Assembly: GCA_963740315.1 (NCBI GenBank)
Contig: CAVUDP010000001.1
Coordinates: 480,001 to 544,000, forward strand
DNA from: an uncultured cyanobacterium
GTDB taxonomy: Bacteria > Cyanobacteriota > Cyanobacteriia > Cyanobacteriales > Nostocaceae
Direction of reading: 5' to 3'
Length of the DNA: 64,000 bases
In this document: piece by piece, positions 1-10,032 of the stretch
Numbering within the stretch: position 1 is the first letter of the stretch
How the letters are laid out: each line of letters opens with the position of its first letter
Made by a program: the position numbers and the translations under genes
The notes under the pieces: generated by a model
Seen by the model: only the letters and a program-made list of their open reading frames with translations
What the model was told of the DNA's origin: nothing
Database searches by the model: none

Positions 1-296
1 AAAATTATCGCACTTTCCCACTCAACTACCCGATTAACTAATTTTCCATAAAACAGGTTTTCACGATTTTAATTTCATCCGAGGTCAATTCTTTAGCAAA
101 ATGATTTACATAACTTGGATGTGTTTTACTTCAAGCGAATAGATCCAATGTAGGAGAGAGGGGGAGAGGGGGAAAATAATTAATTTTTTAACGCAGAGGA
201 AAGCAAAGGTAAGCGCGGAGGTACGCGGAGTTTTGGATTTTTAGCAATATCCCAACATACTGCTTAATTGCATAATTAGGAAGGCGCTGGAAATAT

Positions 297-3119
297 ATGT
301 TTATAGGTATAGAAAAGTTACTTAAAGTAAAATCATCATTTATGAATCACAAACATCGCGCTTTTGCTGTATTTTTAACTGTATTTTTGATTTCGGATGT
401 GGGAACTGCATATGCTGGGCGAGATTTGGAAGTCATTGCTCAACAGGGAGAAACGCGATCGGATGCAACCGAGGCTGAAGCAAAAAAGTTAACACAAGAA
501 GCATTGCAATTATTTAAGCAAGGAAGTAAGGAATCATTGCTAGCAGCGAGAAAGAAATTTGAAGCAGCGCTGGTTTTGTGGGAGAAATTGGAGGATAAGC
601 AATCGCAAGCTGGTACTCTTTCTGGTATTGGTCGAATCTACTCGGATTTAGGAGAAAAGCAAAAAGCGCTGCAATACTACAACCAAGCTTTACCTATATT
701 TCGTGCGGTAGAAAAAAGAAATGGAGAAGCCACTACCCTTAATAATATTGGTAAAGTTTACTCGGATTTAGGAGAAAAGCAGAAGGCACTACAATACTAT
801 AACCAAGCTTTACCATTGAGACGTGCGGTGGAAGACAGGGGTGGAGAAGCCACTACTCTTAATAATATTGGTAAAGTTTACTCGGATTTAGGAGAAAAGC
901 AGAAGGCACTACAATACTATAACCAAGCTTTACCTTTATACCGTGAGGTTGGAGACAGGGATGGAGAAGCCACTACCCTCGGTAATATTGGTGGAGTCTA
1001 CGACGATTTAGGAGAAAATCAGAAGGCACTACAATACTACAACCAAGCTTTACCTTTATTTCGTGCGGTAGAAAACAGAAATGGAGAAGCCACTACCCTC
1101 GGTAATATTGGTGGAGTCTACGACGATTTAGGAGAAAATCAGAAGGCACTACAATACTACAACCAAGCTTTACCTTTATTTAGTGCGGTAGGAAACAGAA
1201 ATGGAGAAGCCATTACCCTCAATAATATTGGTTTTGCCTACGACTTTTTAGGAGAAAACCAAAAAGCACTGCAATACTACAACCAAGCTTTAGCTATATT
1301 ACGTGCAGTAGGCGACAGGGGTAAAGAAGCTGAAAGCCTAGGAAATCTTGCAAAACTTGAACACGAACAAGGCAATTTACAAGCATCGCTCAAACATATC
1401 GAAAGCGCGATCGCAATTATCGAAGAGTTACGCGGTACCTACACTAACCAAGACTTAAAAACCACCTACTTCTCTACAGTCCAAGGCTACTACAAATTTT
1501 ACATCGACCTGTTGATGGAACAACACAAGAAAAACCCATCACAAGGATACGATGCTTTAGCAATAAACATCTCAGAACGTTCCCGCGCTCGTGGTTTAAT
1601 CGAATTATTAGCTCAAGCTAACGCTAAACTCAGCAAAAATGTTGACCCCAAATTCATTGCACAAGAAAAAGAATTACAGCTTAAGCGTCAAGCTCAAGAA
1701 AAAATTCTGGTTCAATTAATTAATCAAGATCAACCACCCAAAGATAGTATTCAAAAAACCGAAACCGAAATTCAAAATATCATCAACCAGCAAAAACAAC
1801 TTAAAGCTTTAATCCGCGCTCAAAATCCAGAACGAGATAAATTAACTAATCCCGAACCGCTAAAATTACCTGAAATTCAACAGCAGTTAGATAAAGATAC
1901 CGTATTACTGCAATATTCCCTGGGTAATGAACGCAGTTATTTATGGTTAGTCACACCAACTTCTCTTACTAGCTACGAACTACCCAAAGGTGAAGAAATT
2001 GAAAAAATCGCCAGTAGATTCCACAGTGGATTAGCAACAAATACTTTACCGATTGATTCAGCCCAAAAACTGAGCGAAGTTATTCTTAAACCCGTAAAAG
2101 ATAAGTTGGCTGGAAAAAGATTAGTCATCGTTGCTGATGGTGTGTTGCAACAGATTCCTTTTGCTGCATTACATGACCTAACCTACCAACCCCAAAGTAA
2201 TAAAAAATATTCAAAACAAAATCAAAAAGATTCTTCTTGTACAAACAGTGGTGGTCTTCGTATTTGTCAAGATAATAACACCCCAAACGAAAAAAATGAT
2301 TATCAACCACTATTCGTTAATCATGAAATTGTTAATTTACCTTCAGCATCAACGATTGCAATCCAGCGGGAAAAAATTGCCGATCGCAAAATTGCACCAA
2401 AAAAAATCGCTATCCTCGCAGATCCGGTATACAATTCCGACGACGAACGAGTTACGAGTAAAGCACAAACTCTTTCTCCCGAACTTGAATTAGAACGTTC
2501 CGCTCTCAAACGTTCCGCGAAAAGTCTTAACCGTAATGGTTGGATACCTTTACCAAATACAAAAATAGAAGCCCAAGAAATCCTAAAACTTGTTCCCTCT
2601 ACCGACACTCTACAAGCATTTAGCTTTGATGCTAACTATAACTGGGCAACAAGTAAAAATCTCAATCAATACCAAATTTTACACTTTGCTACCCACGGTT
2701 TCGTTAATCCCGACCAACCGGAATTATCAGGAATTGTTTTATCATTAGTCAATAAAGATGGTCAACAAATACCGGGTTATTTACGTTTAGCAGATTTATT
2801 TGAACAAGATTATCCAGCAGAATTAATTGTTTTAAGTGCTTGCGAAACTGGGCTTGGTAAAGATGTCAGTGGTGAAGGTATAGTCGGCTTGACAAGAGGC
2901 TTGATGTATGCAGGTGCGGCAAGAGTCGCTTTGTCGTTGTGGCAGGTTGACGATAAAGGTACATCGGTATTGATGCAAGAGTTTTACAAACAAATGTTGC
3001 AGGAAAATCTAACTCCCACCCAAGCATTACGAGCTGCACAGCGCAAATTATGGTCTAATCCAGAATGGAGAAGTCCTTACTATTGGGCTGCTTTTACTTT
3101 ACAAGGTGAGTGGAAATAG
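297..3119 (+). CDS. TPR-repeat + CHAT (caspase HetF-associated with TPRs) domain protein
   Basis: About six 40-aa TPRs (ATTLNNIGKVYSDLGEKQKALQYYNQAL); C-terminal CHAT motifs LHFATHG and VLSACETG, ending YYWAAFTLQGEW; true start may be the later ATG (MNHK). Confidence 0.93.
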   Translation: MFIGIEKLLKVKSSFMNHKHRAFAVFLTVFLISDVGTAYAGRDLEVIAQQGETRSDATEAEAKKLTQEALQLFKQGSKESLLAARKKFEAALVLWEKLEDKQSQAGTLSGIGRIYSDLGEKQKALQYYNQALPIFRAVEKRNGEATTLNNIGKVYSDLGEKQKALQYYNQALPLRRAVEDRGGEATTLNNIGKVYSDLGEKQKALQYYNQALPLYREVGDRDGEATTLGNIGGVYDDLGENQKALQYYNQALPLFRAVENRNGEATTLGNIGGVYDDLGENQKALQYYNQALPLFSAVGNRNGEAITLNNIGFAYDFLGENQKALQYYNQALAILRAVGDRGKEAESLGNLAKLEHEQGNLQASLKHIESAIAIIEELRGTYTNQDLKTTYFSTVQGYYKFYIDLLMEQHKKNPSQGYDALAINISERSRARGLIELLAQANAKLSKNVDPKFIAQEKELQLKRQAQEKILVQLINQDQPPKDSIQKTETEIQNIINQQKQLKALIRAQNPERDKLTNPEPLKLPEIQQQLDKDTVLLQYSLGNERSYLWLVTPTSLTSYELPKGEEIEKIASRFHSGLATNTLPIDSAQKLSEVILKPVKDKLAGKRLVIVADGVLQQIPFAALHDLTYQPQSNKKYSKQNQKDSSCTNSGGLRICQDNNTPNEKNDYQPLFVNHEIVNLPSASTIAIQREKIADRKIAPKKIAILADPVYNSDDERVTSKAQTLSPELELERSALKRSAKSLNRNGWIPLPNTKIEAQEILKLVPSTDTLQAFSFDANYNWATSKNLNQYQILHFATHGFVNPDQPELSGIVLSLVNKDGQQIPGYLRLADLFEQDYPAELIVLSACETGLGKDVSGEGIVGLTRGLMYAGAARVALSLWQVDDKGTSVLMQEFYKQMLQENLTPTQALRAAQRKLWSNPEWRSPYYWAAFTLQGEWK
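640..1320 (+). repeat. Near-identical 120-bp intragenic tandem repeats encoding TPR units
   Basis: Period-120 recurrence of ggagaaaa-cagaaggcactacaatacta-aaccaagcttta; boundaries approximate. Confidence 0.85.
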
Positions 3120-3239
3120 GACATTGTTTTCGCGATTTATTTTGTAGCCCTATTTAAATGTCGGGAGACGTAAAATTTTACGTCTCTACAACTACTCAGC
3201 AATAACTTCTTGATTAAAAATCGTTTTTAGCCGATCGTT

Positions 3240-3263
3240 AGACATCTGGACATTTAGACAATT
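3240..3263. repeat. Short octamer array (agacatct ggacattt agacaatt) resembling the array upstream of parA
   Basis: Three contiguous 8-mers, first identical to a unit at 13613-13620. Confidence 0.45.
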
Positions 3264-3298
3264 TATTTTTTAACCGTCTGTCTACAATTCCCCATCCC

Positions 3299-3634
3299 CT
3301 AAACCTCTTGCTTATCCTTTGTCGTCAACTGCTTAATAACCAACTGTACCGCTAAAGCTAACAAACCAACTCCAACTATTCCAAAAATTCCGGTACCTAA
3401 AGCAACTACCCCTACAACCAATGTTCTCACCGCTGAGGAAATACTTACCACCATCGGATTATCCGAGGTAACTGGTTTATTTGCAAAAGTCGTTGCGATC
3501 GAAACCATTAACTTGTACATCGCAAACCCCAATCCTCCACACATTGTTGCTCCGATTATGCAACGTAAGGGAGTTGGTTGATTTTCTTCTTGCTCGGTTG
3601 TTTCGGTTTGTTTAGTTAAGTTTTCTTCTGTCAT
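3299..3634 (-). CDS. Conserved cyanobacterial membrane protein (DUF3082-like)
   Basis: Two hydrophobic segments, TPLRC...TFANKP...ISSAVRTLVVG. Confidence 0.75.
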   Translation of the reverse strand: MTEENLTKQTETTEQEENQPTPLRCIIGATMCGGLGFAMYKLMVSIATTFANKPVTSDNPMVVSISSAVRTLVVGVVALGTGIFGIVGVGLLALAVQLVIKQLTTKDKQEV

Positions 3635-3710
3635 GATTTTTTTAGTTTCTTGAGTAAGGATTTAATAGTTTGAATAAATAAAAATTTGCCGTAATCCACT
3701 AATAACAGAT

Positions 3711-3777
3711 GGTGCGTTAGACGTATTCAAATTTTATATTTTGTTCCCTATATATTCATGCGTCTAACACACCCTAC
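3711..3777. repeat. REP-like long hairpin (ggtgcgttagacg...cgtctaacacaccctac)
   Basis: Inverted arms with AT-rich loop; GTAG end on minus strand; same family at 9831-9896 and 12582-12640. Confidence 0.8.
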
Positions 3778-3824
3778 AATAAACTACTATTTGAACACCC
3801 CTCTCCTTGATAAGGTGAGGTTTC

Positions 3825-4769
3825 TTATGATATTACCTGAATCCCATTTGTGATCAATCGGGTAACGAATAATTCTAAATCTGGATCTGGAATCTCTTTT
3901 CTCAAATTCAACTTTACTTCTTCTGCTTTCTCTTTAGATTCGCATAAAGCAAATACACTTGGGCCACTTCCCGACATCATGGTTCCTAAAATGTCATATT
4001 TCGCAAAGCTTTCTTTCAACTGCAATACTTGGGGATATTCTGGTAATACTACCTTTTCTAGATCGTTACGCATTTTCTGGGCGATTTCTTTCACATCTTG
4101 ACGCAAAATTGCTTTAACTATTTCTCCCGAATGTACCGTACTCGCACGCGCTGCTAAACTTTCTGTATCTTTAACATAACTATCGCCAAATTCGGAGCGA
4201 TAGGCATTGTAAGCCCAAGGTGTGGAAACTGATAAACTACGATGCTTCGCCAATACTATATATATGTCTCCTAAATCCGATAAAGAGGAAACTACTTCAC
4301 CTCGACGAGTTGCGATCGCGGTTCCTCCTCCAATACAAAATGCTATATCAGAACCAATTTTCGCTGCTAATTCTTCTAATTCTAATTTAGTTAATCCTAA
4401 TTTCCATAATAAATCCATACCTACTAATACTGCTGCTGCGTCTGTTGAGCCTCCTGCTAAACCGGCTGCTACAGGAATGCGTTTGTGAAGGGTTATATCT
4501 ACACCCCCATAAGTCGCAAAACTATCGGGAAATTCGCTAACCATCAAATCTGCTGCACGATAAGCTAAGTTACTTTTATCTACGGGAACCTGCTTATTAT
4601 CGCATCGTAACCGAATCAATTCTATACCGTTTGCTTCTAAGTCGATTTGGTCTGCAAGCTCTATACTTTGCAGTATCATTGCTAACTCATGATACCCATC
4701 AGCGCGATCGCCAATGATTTCCAAATATAAGTTAATTTTGGCTGGAGCAATTAAGGTGTAGCTACGCAT
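3825..4769 (-). CDS. ispE: 4-diphosphocytidyl-2-C-methyl-D-erythritol kinase
   Basis: APAKINLYL, KRIPVAAGLAGGSTDAAA and MMSGSGPSVF GHMP-kinase motifs; overlaps rsmA stop. Confidence 0.97.
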   Translation of the reverse strand: MRSYTLIAPAKINLYLEIIGDRADGYHELAMILQSIELADQIDLEANGIELIRLRCDNKQVPVDKSNLAYRAADLMVSEFPDSFATYGGVDITLHKRIPVAAGLAGGSTDAAAVLVGMDLLWKLGLTKLELEELAAKIGSDIAFCIGGGTAIATRRGEVVSSLSDLGDIYIVLAKHRSLSVSTPWAYNAYRSEFGDSYVKDTESLAARASTVHSGEIVKAILRQDVKEIAQKMRNDLEKVVLPEYPQVLQLKESFAKYDILGTMMSGSGPSVFALCESKEKAEEVKLNLRKEIPDPDLELFVTRLITNGIQVIS

Positions 4770-5580
4770 CTTGATTTTCTAATTCATTGGCTAAGTTTAC
4801 CCACTGCTGTACGCTCAATTCTTCGGCGCGAGCTTGGGGGTTGACGCTTAACTTTTCCAATAATTGTGTCAGATTCTCGCGCTCTACTAGCGATTGCAAA
4901 TTATTTCGTAACATTTTACGTTTTGCGCTAAATCCCAATTTAACTAAGTTTTCCAATCTTCGGGGATTCTTCGCTACTACTTCCCTCTCTGGCGGTATTA
5001 ACCTGATGACAGCAGAATCAACTTTTGGTGGGGGATAAAATGCCTTTGCTGGTACGTTACAAATCATCTCGCAATCTGCTAGATATTGTACTCTTACCGA
5101 TAAGGCTCCAAATGCTGTTCTTCCGGGTTTGGCAACAATCCTTTCTGCGACTTCTTTCTGTACTAATAATACGATTGAATCATAAGGCTGGGGGTTTGGA
5201 TTACCAATCTTACCTAACAGCTTTTCGATAATAGGTCCCGTTATATTATAAGGAATATTCGCTACTACTTTATTTTGATTTTGGAATTGAGGAAAATCTT
5301 TAACTAAAGCTGGTAAATCCACACTCAAAAAGTCTTCATTCAACAATAAAAAATTTTCCTTCTCACCCAACTTCTGAACTAATAACTTACATAAATCGCT
5401 GTCAATTTCCACAGCTAATAAAGATTGTACTTTCTCTAAAATCTGCCTTGTTAATACTCCTTTTCCCGGACCAATTTCTAAAACTTTGTCTGTATCTTTT
5501 AATTCTGCTGCTGCAATAATGCTATTCAAAGCCTTGTCACTCTGTAACCAATGCTGAGCAAGGGACTTGCGCGGTTTCAT
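4762..5580 (-). CDS. rsmA: 16S rRNA adenine dimethyltransferase
   Basis: RKSLAQHWL, VLEIGPGKG, VANIPYNIT and PPPKVDSAV motifs. Confidence 0.97.
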   Translation of the reverse strand: MKPRKSLAQHWLQSDKALNSIIAAAELKDTDKVLEIGPGKGVLTRQILEKVQSLLAVEIDSDLCKLLVQKLGEKENFLLLNEDFLSVDLPALVKDFPQFQNQNKVVANIPYNITGPIIEKLLGKIGNPNPQPYDSIVLLVQKEVAERIVAKPGRTAFGALSVRVQYLADCEMICNVPAKAFYPPPKVDSAVIRLIPPEREVVAKNPRRLENLVKLGFSAKRKMLRNNLQSLVERENLTQLLEKLSVNPQARAEELSVQQWVNLANELENQDA

Positions 5581-5781
5581 TCTCTATATCTCCCTTTCTT
5601 CATGGATTTATTGATATCGTTTAAAACCCTTTTCTTACTTTTATCTTACTTTTCATAGTTACTTTTATAGTAATTCAGTACTAATGAAGTCATGATTCGA
5701 CATATTACTCTTGTTTGACGAGCAATAAACTAATCGCAAAAGTAAAACTAATGTACTATCGAGTTAGTTGAGAAAAAGCGT

Positions 5782-8700
5782 TTAATTACAGCGATTATTA
5801 TTAGTTTGATTAACGGGAATTTCAATGATAAATTCAGTTCCTTCTCCTGGGGTAGAAAACAATGATAAATTGCCACCATGTTTATTTACCACAATTTGAT
5901 AGCTAATAGATAGACCTAATCCGGTACCTTTTCCAACTTCTTTTGTGGTGAAGAAGGGGTCAAATAGTTTAGATTGAATATGGAGAGGTATTCCGGAACC
6001 GTTATCGGAAAGATGAATTGCGACTCGGTTATTTTCGAGGAGTTTGGTGTGAATTTGGATTTGAGGGGTAGTAAGAGATTTTTGTGATTCTAAGGCATCG
6101 ATCGCATTAGCAAGAATGTTCATCAGCACCTGATTTAGCTGACTGGGGAAACAATCAACTGGGGGGAGAGGAGCGTAATTTTTAACGATTTCGATTTCGG
6201 GGAAGTTGGGTTTTGCTTTGAGACGATTTTGGAGAATCATCAAGGTAGAATCAATGCCTTCGTGGATATCTACGGGTTTAAATTCAGCTTCATCAAGACG
6301 GGAAAAGTTGCGTAAAGATAAAACAATTTCTCGGATGCGTTGGGTACCTTGTTTCATGGAATTGAGCATCTTAATGAAATCTTCTTTGAGGAATTCTAAT
6401 TCAACAGCTTCTATTTCCTCTTGGATATTTTCGGGGGGATTGGGGTAATGCTGTTGGTAAAGTTCGAGTAATCCAAGTACATCTTGAGCGTATTGAGTTG
6501 CGGGAGTTATATTACCGTGGATAAAGTTGACGGGATTATTGATTTCGTGAGCAACACCCGCTACCATTTGCCCCAAAGAAGACATTTTTTCACTTTGAAT
6601 AAGTTGAGCTTGGGTAGTTTTGAGCTCGTGTAGGATTCACCGTAATTCGATTTCAGCTAATTTACGTTCGGTGATATCTGTAGCAACACCAAGAAATTGC
6701 GTTACTTTACCATTTTGATTGCGAGTGAAGACGGTATCTCGACTATAAAGCCAGCGATATTTACCATCAACTTGTTTGACTCGATATTCCGACTCATTAA
6801 TTTCACCATCTTCAGAAGCAGCAATTTTTTGGAAACCAGATGCTACTTTTTCTAAATCTTCTGGATGAATAATTTTTTGAAACAGATTGTTTCCCATCTC
6901 TTGAATTTCTTGGGAAGAATAACCGAGAATTGCAGCGATTTCGTGATTAGCGTAAATATTTTGTTGTTTTTCTAAATCGTAAATATAGATAGTGTTGGGG
7001 GAGGAATCGGTAATTCGTTGAATAAAATGCTGTGTCGCTTGAATTTCCGCTTCAGCTTTTTTGCGTTCGGTGATATCGCGGACGTTCGCCAAAATGATAT
7101 CTTGAGAATTAAGCGTAACTTTGCGTAAAAAGACTTCTACATCAAATATATAATTGTCATGTGGTCGTTTTGCTTTCCACTCGAATAACTGGCGATTACC
7201 TTCGGTAGAGCTTCGCTTAACGCCATTAACAACCTTTTCCCAGATTAATGGTAATTCCTCAACGGGGTTATCGGGACTAGAAAAATCAACCGGAATCGAC
7301 ATTTGAGTAACTTCGTCACGATTTACTCCATACATTAGGAGCATTTGCTCGTTGACATCTATAATATTTCCATCAAGGTCGTGAATAATTATCGCATCGC
7401 ACACGCTATCTAATAGAGTTCTCAGGTTTTTTTCCGAAGAGCGAACAACTTCTTCTACTTGTTTTCGTTCGGTAATCTCAAAAGTCGTTCCTACCAAGCG
7501 GTAAATTCTACCATCAACATTTTTGAGAGGATTTAAAGTTGTTAACCACCAGGTTGGGGTACCATCAAAATTTAAGCACTCTTCGTAAGTAATTATTGTT
7601 TTTAGTTCTACACACTCGATGAACTTTTGCTGTACTTGTTCTCCTAAAATATTTCCAAACACTTCAAATGGTTTTTTACCCGTTACTTTCTGACTCAAAA
7701 AACCAATAGCACGTTCGCAAGCAGGATTACAACCAGCGAAACGAAGAACACCATCTTCTAGAACATCAACAACAAAGATAGCATGTTCCGAACCATCGTA
7801 AACGCTGCGTAAAAATTGTTCTTGTTCTCGCGATTGAGCTTCTACTAACTTACGTTCGGTAATATCAATTGTGCAACCGTCTGAGAAAATCGTACCATCA
7901 GCTTGTTGCTGTAATCGAGAAAATCCTTGCAACCATTTTTCTTTCCCCGAAGGAGTAATTATGCGCCATTCGTATTCCCAATTTTTTAAAGTTGGAATAC
8001 AATCAGCCATCGATTGATAAAAACCAACAACATCCGAAGTGTGTGTCATATTTGTGAGAATATTTGGGTTTCGACGAATTTGTTCGGCTTCCACCTCAAA
8101 AAGTTCGCGACAACCATCAGAAACATAAGAAAAGCGGACATCACCATGCGGGTTAAGTTGGTATTGATAGAGCATACCCGGAACATTCGCAGCAAGACGC
8201 TTTAGCCTTGTTTCAGTTTCCGCTAAAGTATTAGTTCTTTCCTTAACTCGAAGTTCTAAATCTCGATTTAATTGTTTCAACTCACATTCAGATTCATGTG
8301 TGGCGATCGCACCACCCAAATTGATCGCAAAAGCTTGTAAAATAGATTTTTGAGCCTCCGACCATTGACGTAAAGTTGTATAATCTTCAAAGCCAATAAA
8401 ACCCCACCATTTACCTTTTACTTGAATGGGGATAACAAATATCGAACGACTACCTTGAATTTGAGATTGATCTTCTATCGTAATAATAGATTCACCTTCA
8501 GAAAGACGTTCGTACCATAAAGGTGAAAAGTCGTTATAAGAAAGATTTTGTAACAAAGGATAATCTAGTTCGGAATTTATTCCATCTTTTACCCATTCCC
8601 AGCGTTGACTCAAAAATAATTCTTGGGTTAACTTGTCAGAAGAATTTTCAAAAATATATATCCGATCCGATTCTGTAGCTTTACCCAACTCAGCTAAAGC

Positions 8701-9300
8701 AGCATTAATAGAAGTATCGTAATCTTGAGTAGTCAACAAGCAACTGGTAGCATTCTTCATCCCATCAAGCAAAGCTTCCCGTCGCTGCAAATCCTCCATC
8801 GCTAAAACACGCTGACTAATATCAATTACACAACCATCCCAAACAACATTACCACCTGGTTGAACTACAGGTTGAGAAACCCCATACACCCACTTTTGCT
8901 TACCACTTGGAGTAATAATTCGCCATTCCGACTCCCATTTTTGCAAAGTTTGAGCCGATATATTAATAGTTTCCTGTAACCGGGGAAAATCATCATCGTG
9001 AATCAACTCAAACAGCAACTGAGGATTTTGCTTCACCTCTTCCGGCTCCAACTCGTAGAATTCCCAACATCTAGAAGAAACGTAAGGGAAAGACATAGTA
9101 CCATCCTTACCGAGTTGGAACTTGTAAATCATCCCCGGAACATTATCAGCAGCATAGCGAAACTCAATCTCCTGCTGACATAGCTTCTCCTCCAAATCGG
9201 AAACCCTTTCCCGAAGCTTCACCAACTCATCTTTCAAAGACTCATAAATACGAGTATCAATAGTAATGAGATTGTTTCCCATAGTCTCATCAACCGTCAC
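5782..9300 (-). pseudogene. Multi-PAS/GAF sensor histidine kinase split by one in-frame TGA at 6637-6639
   Basis: 887-aa PAS/GAF ORF ends ...EIELR-TGA; the same frame continues ILHELKTTQAQLIQSEK-MSSLGQMVAGVAHEINNP (17 codons to the ATG at 6585) into HisKA/HATPase. Confidence 0.85.
7197..7220. mobile_element. 24-nt small dispersed repeat inserted in-frame into a HIP1 site
   Basis: Minus strand reads GCG-ttaagcgaagctctaccgaaggta-ATCGC; removing the 24 nt restores GCGATCGC and Gly-Asp-Arg. Confidence 0.8.
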
Positions 9301-9569
9301 AGCGGCTTATTTTATATAAAATTCATACTTATAGTTCCCAAAAAACACCTCCTTTACAACATCTTCTTTGTCTAAATTTTAGGGAGTAGGGAGTGGAGAA
9401 TAGGGAACAGGGAACAGAAAAAATAATATAAAAGAAATATTATTTCAAAATAGCTCTTAAAAGATTATTTAACGTCTCCTAGTCTCAAATTCCTCATACG
9501 TATTTCTCCTCTTCCTTATTACCTCCGCTTACTCCGCGTCTCTGCCATTTATAAATTCAAAAAATAAGC

Positions 9570-9896
9570 AAAAACTGTAGGGTGTGTGACGCTTTGAGAA
9601 ATATTGTACGTAGCGATAAGACTTGTAGCCTCACGCACCATCGTGATTTTAATAAAATTAGAATAATTAAAATTAGCTCTTTTTGCATTTGACAAGATTA
9701 TAAAAACTGTAGGGTATGTGACGCTTTTAGAAATATTGTACGTAGCGATAAGACTTGTAGCGTCACGCACCATCGTGATTTTAATAAAATTAGAATGATT
9801 AAAATTAGCTCTTTTTCCATCAAGATAATTGGTGCGTTAGACCAATTAAAATTATTTATTTTCTTATGATAAAGTCGTGCGTCTAACACACCCTAC
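9570..9896. repeat. 132-bp tandem duplication of a GTAG REP-like hairpin unit, followed by an inverted-family REP-like hairpin
   Basis: gtaggg...gacgct...agcgtcacgcacc at 9577 and 9709; ggtgcgttagac...gtctaacacaccctac at 9831-9896. Confidence 0.85.
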
Positions 9897-9932
9897 AAAA
9901 ATTTTATTTATTTTAACTCCTAATACCGTTTC

Positions 9933-10027
9933 TGTATAAAGATGCGCCGAATTTAGCCTACGCAGGTAGGCTTTGTTTGGGTAGCCCCACTCTTCTAGAG
10001 TGAGGGCGATTTAGCGCAGCCTCATAC
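9933..10027. repeat. Possible degenerate MITE-like element with internal hairpins
   Basis: Imperfect terminal IR gtataaagatgcgccgaat / atttagcgcagcctcatac; internal agcctac-gcag-gtaggct hairpin. Confidence 0.5.
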
Positions 10028-10032
10028 TTTTC

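Noticed and set aside
9549..9889. ORFs 9549-9773 and 9698-9889 (also 12542-12730)
   Set aside because: They are translations of REP-like hairpin repeats
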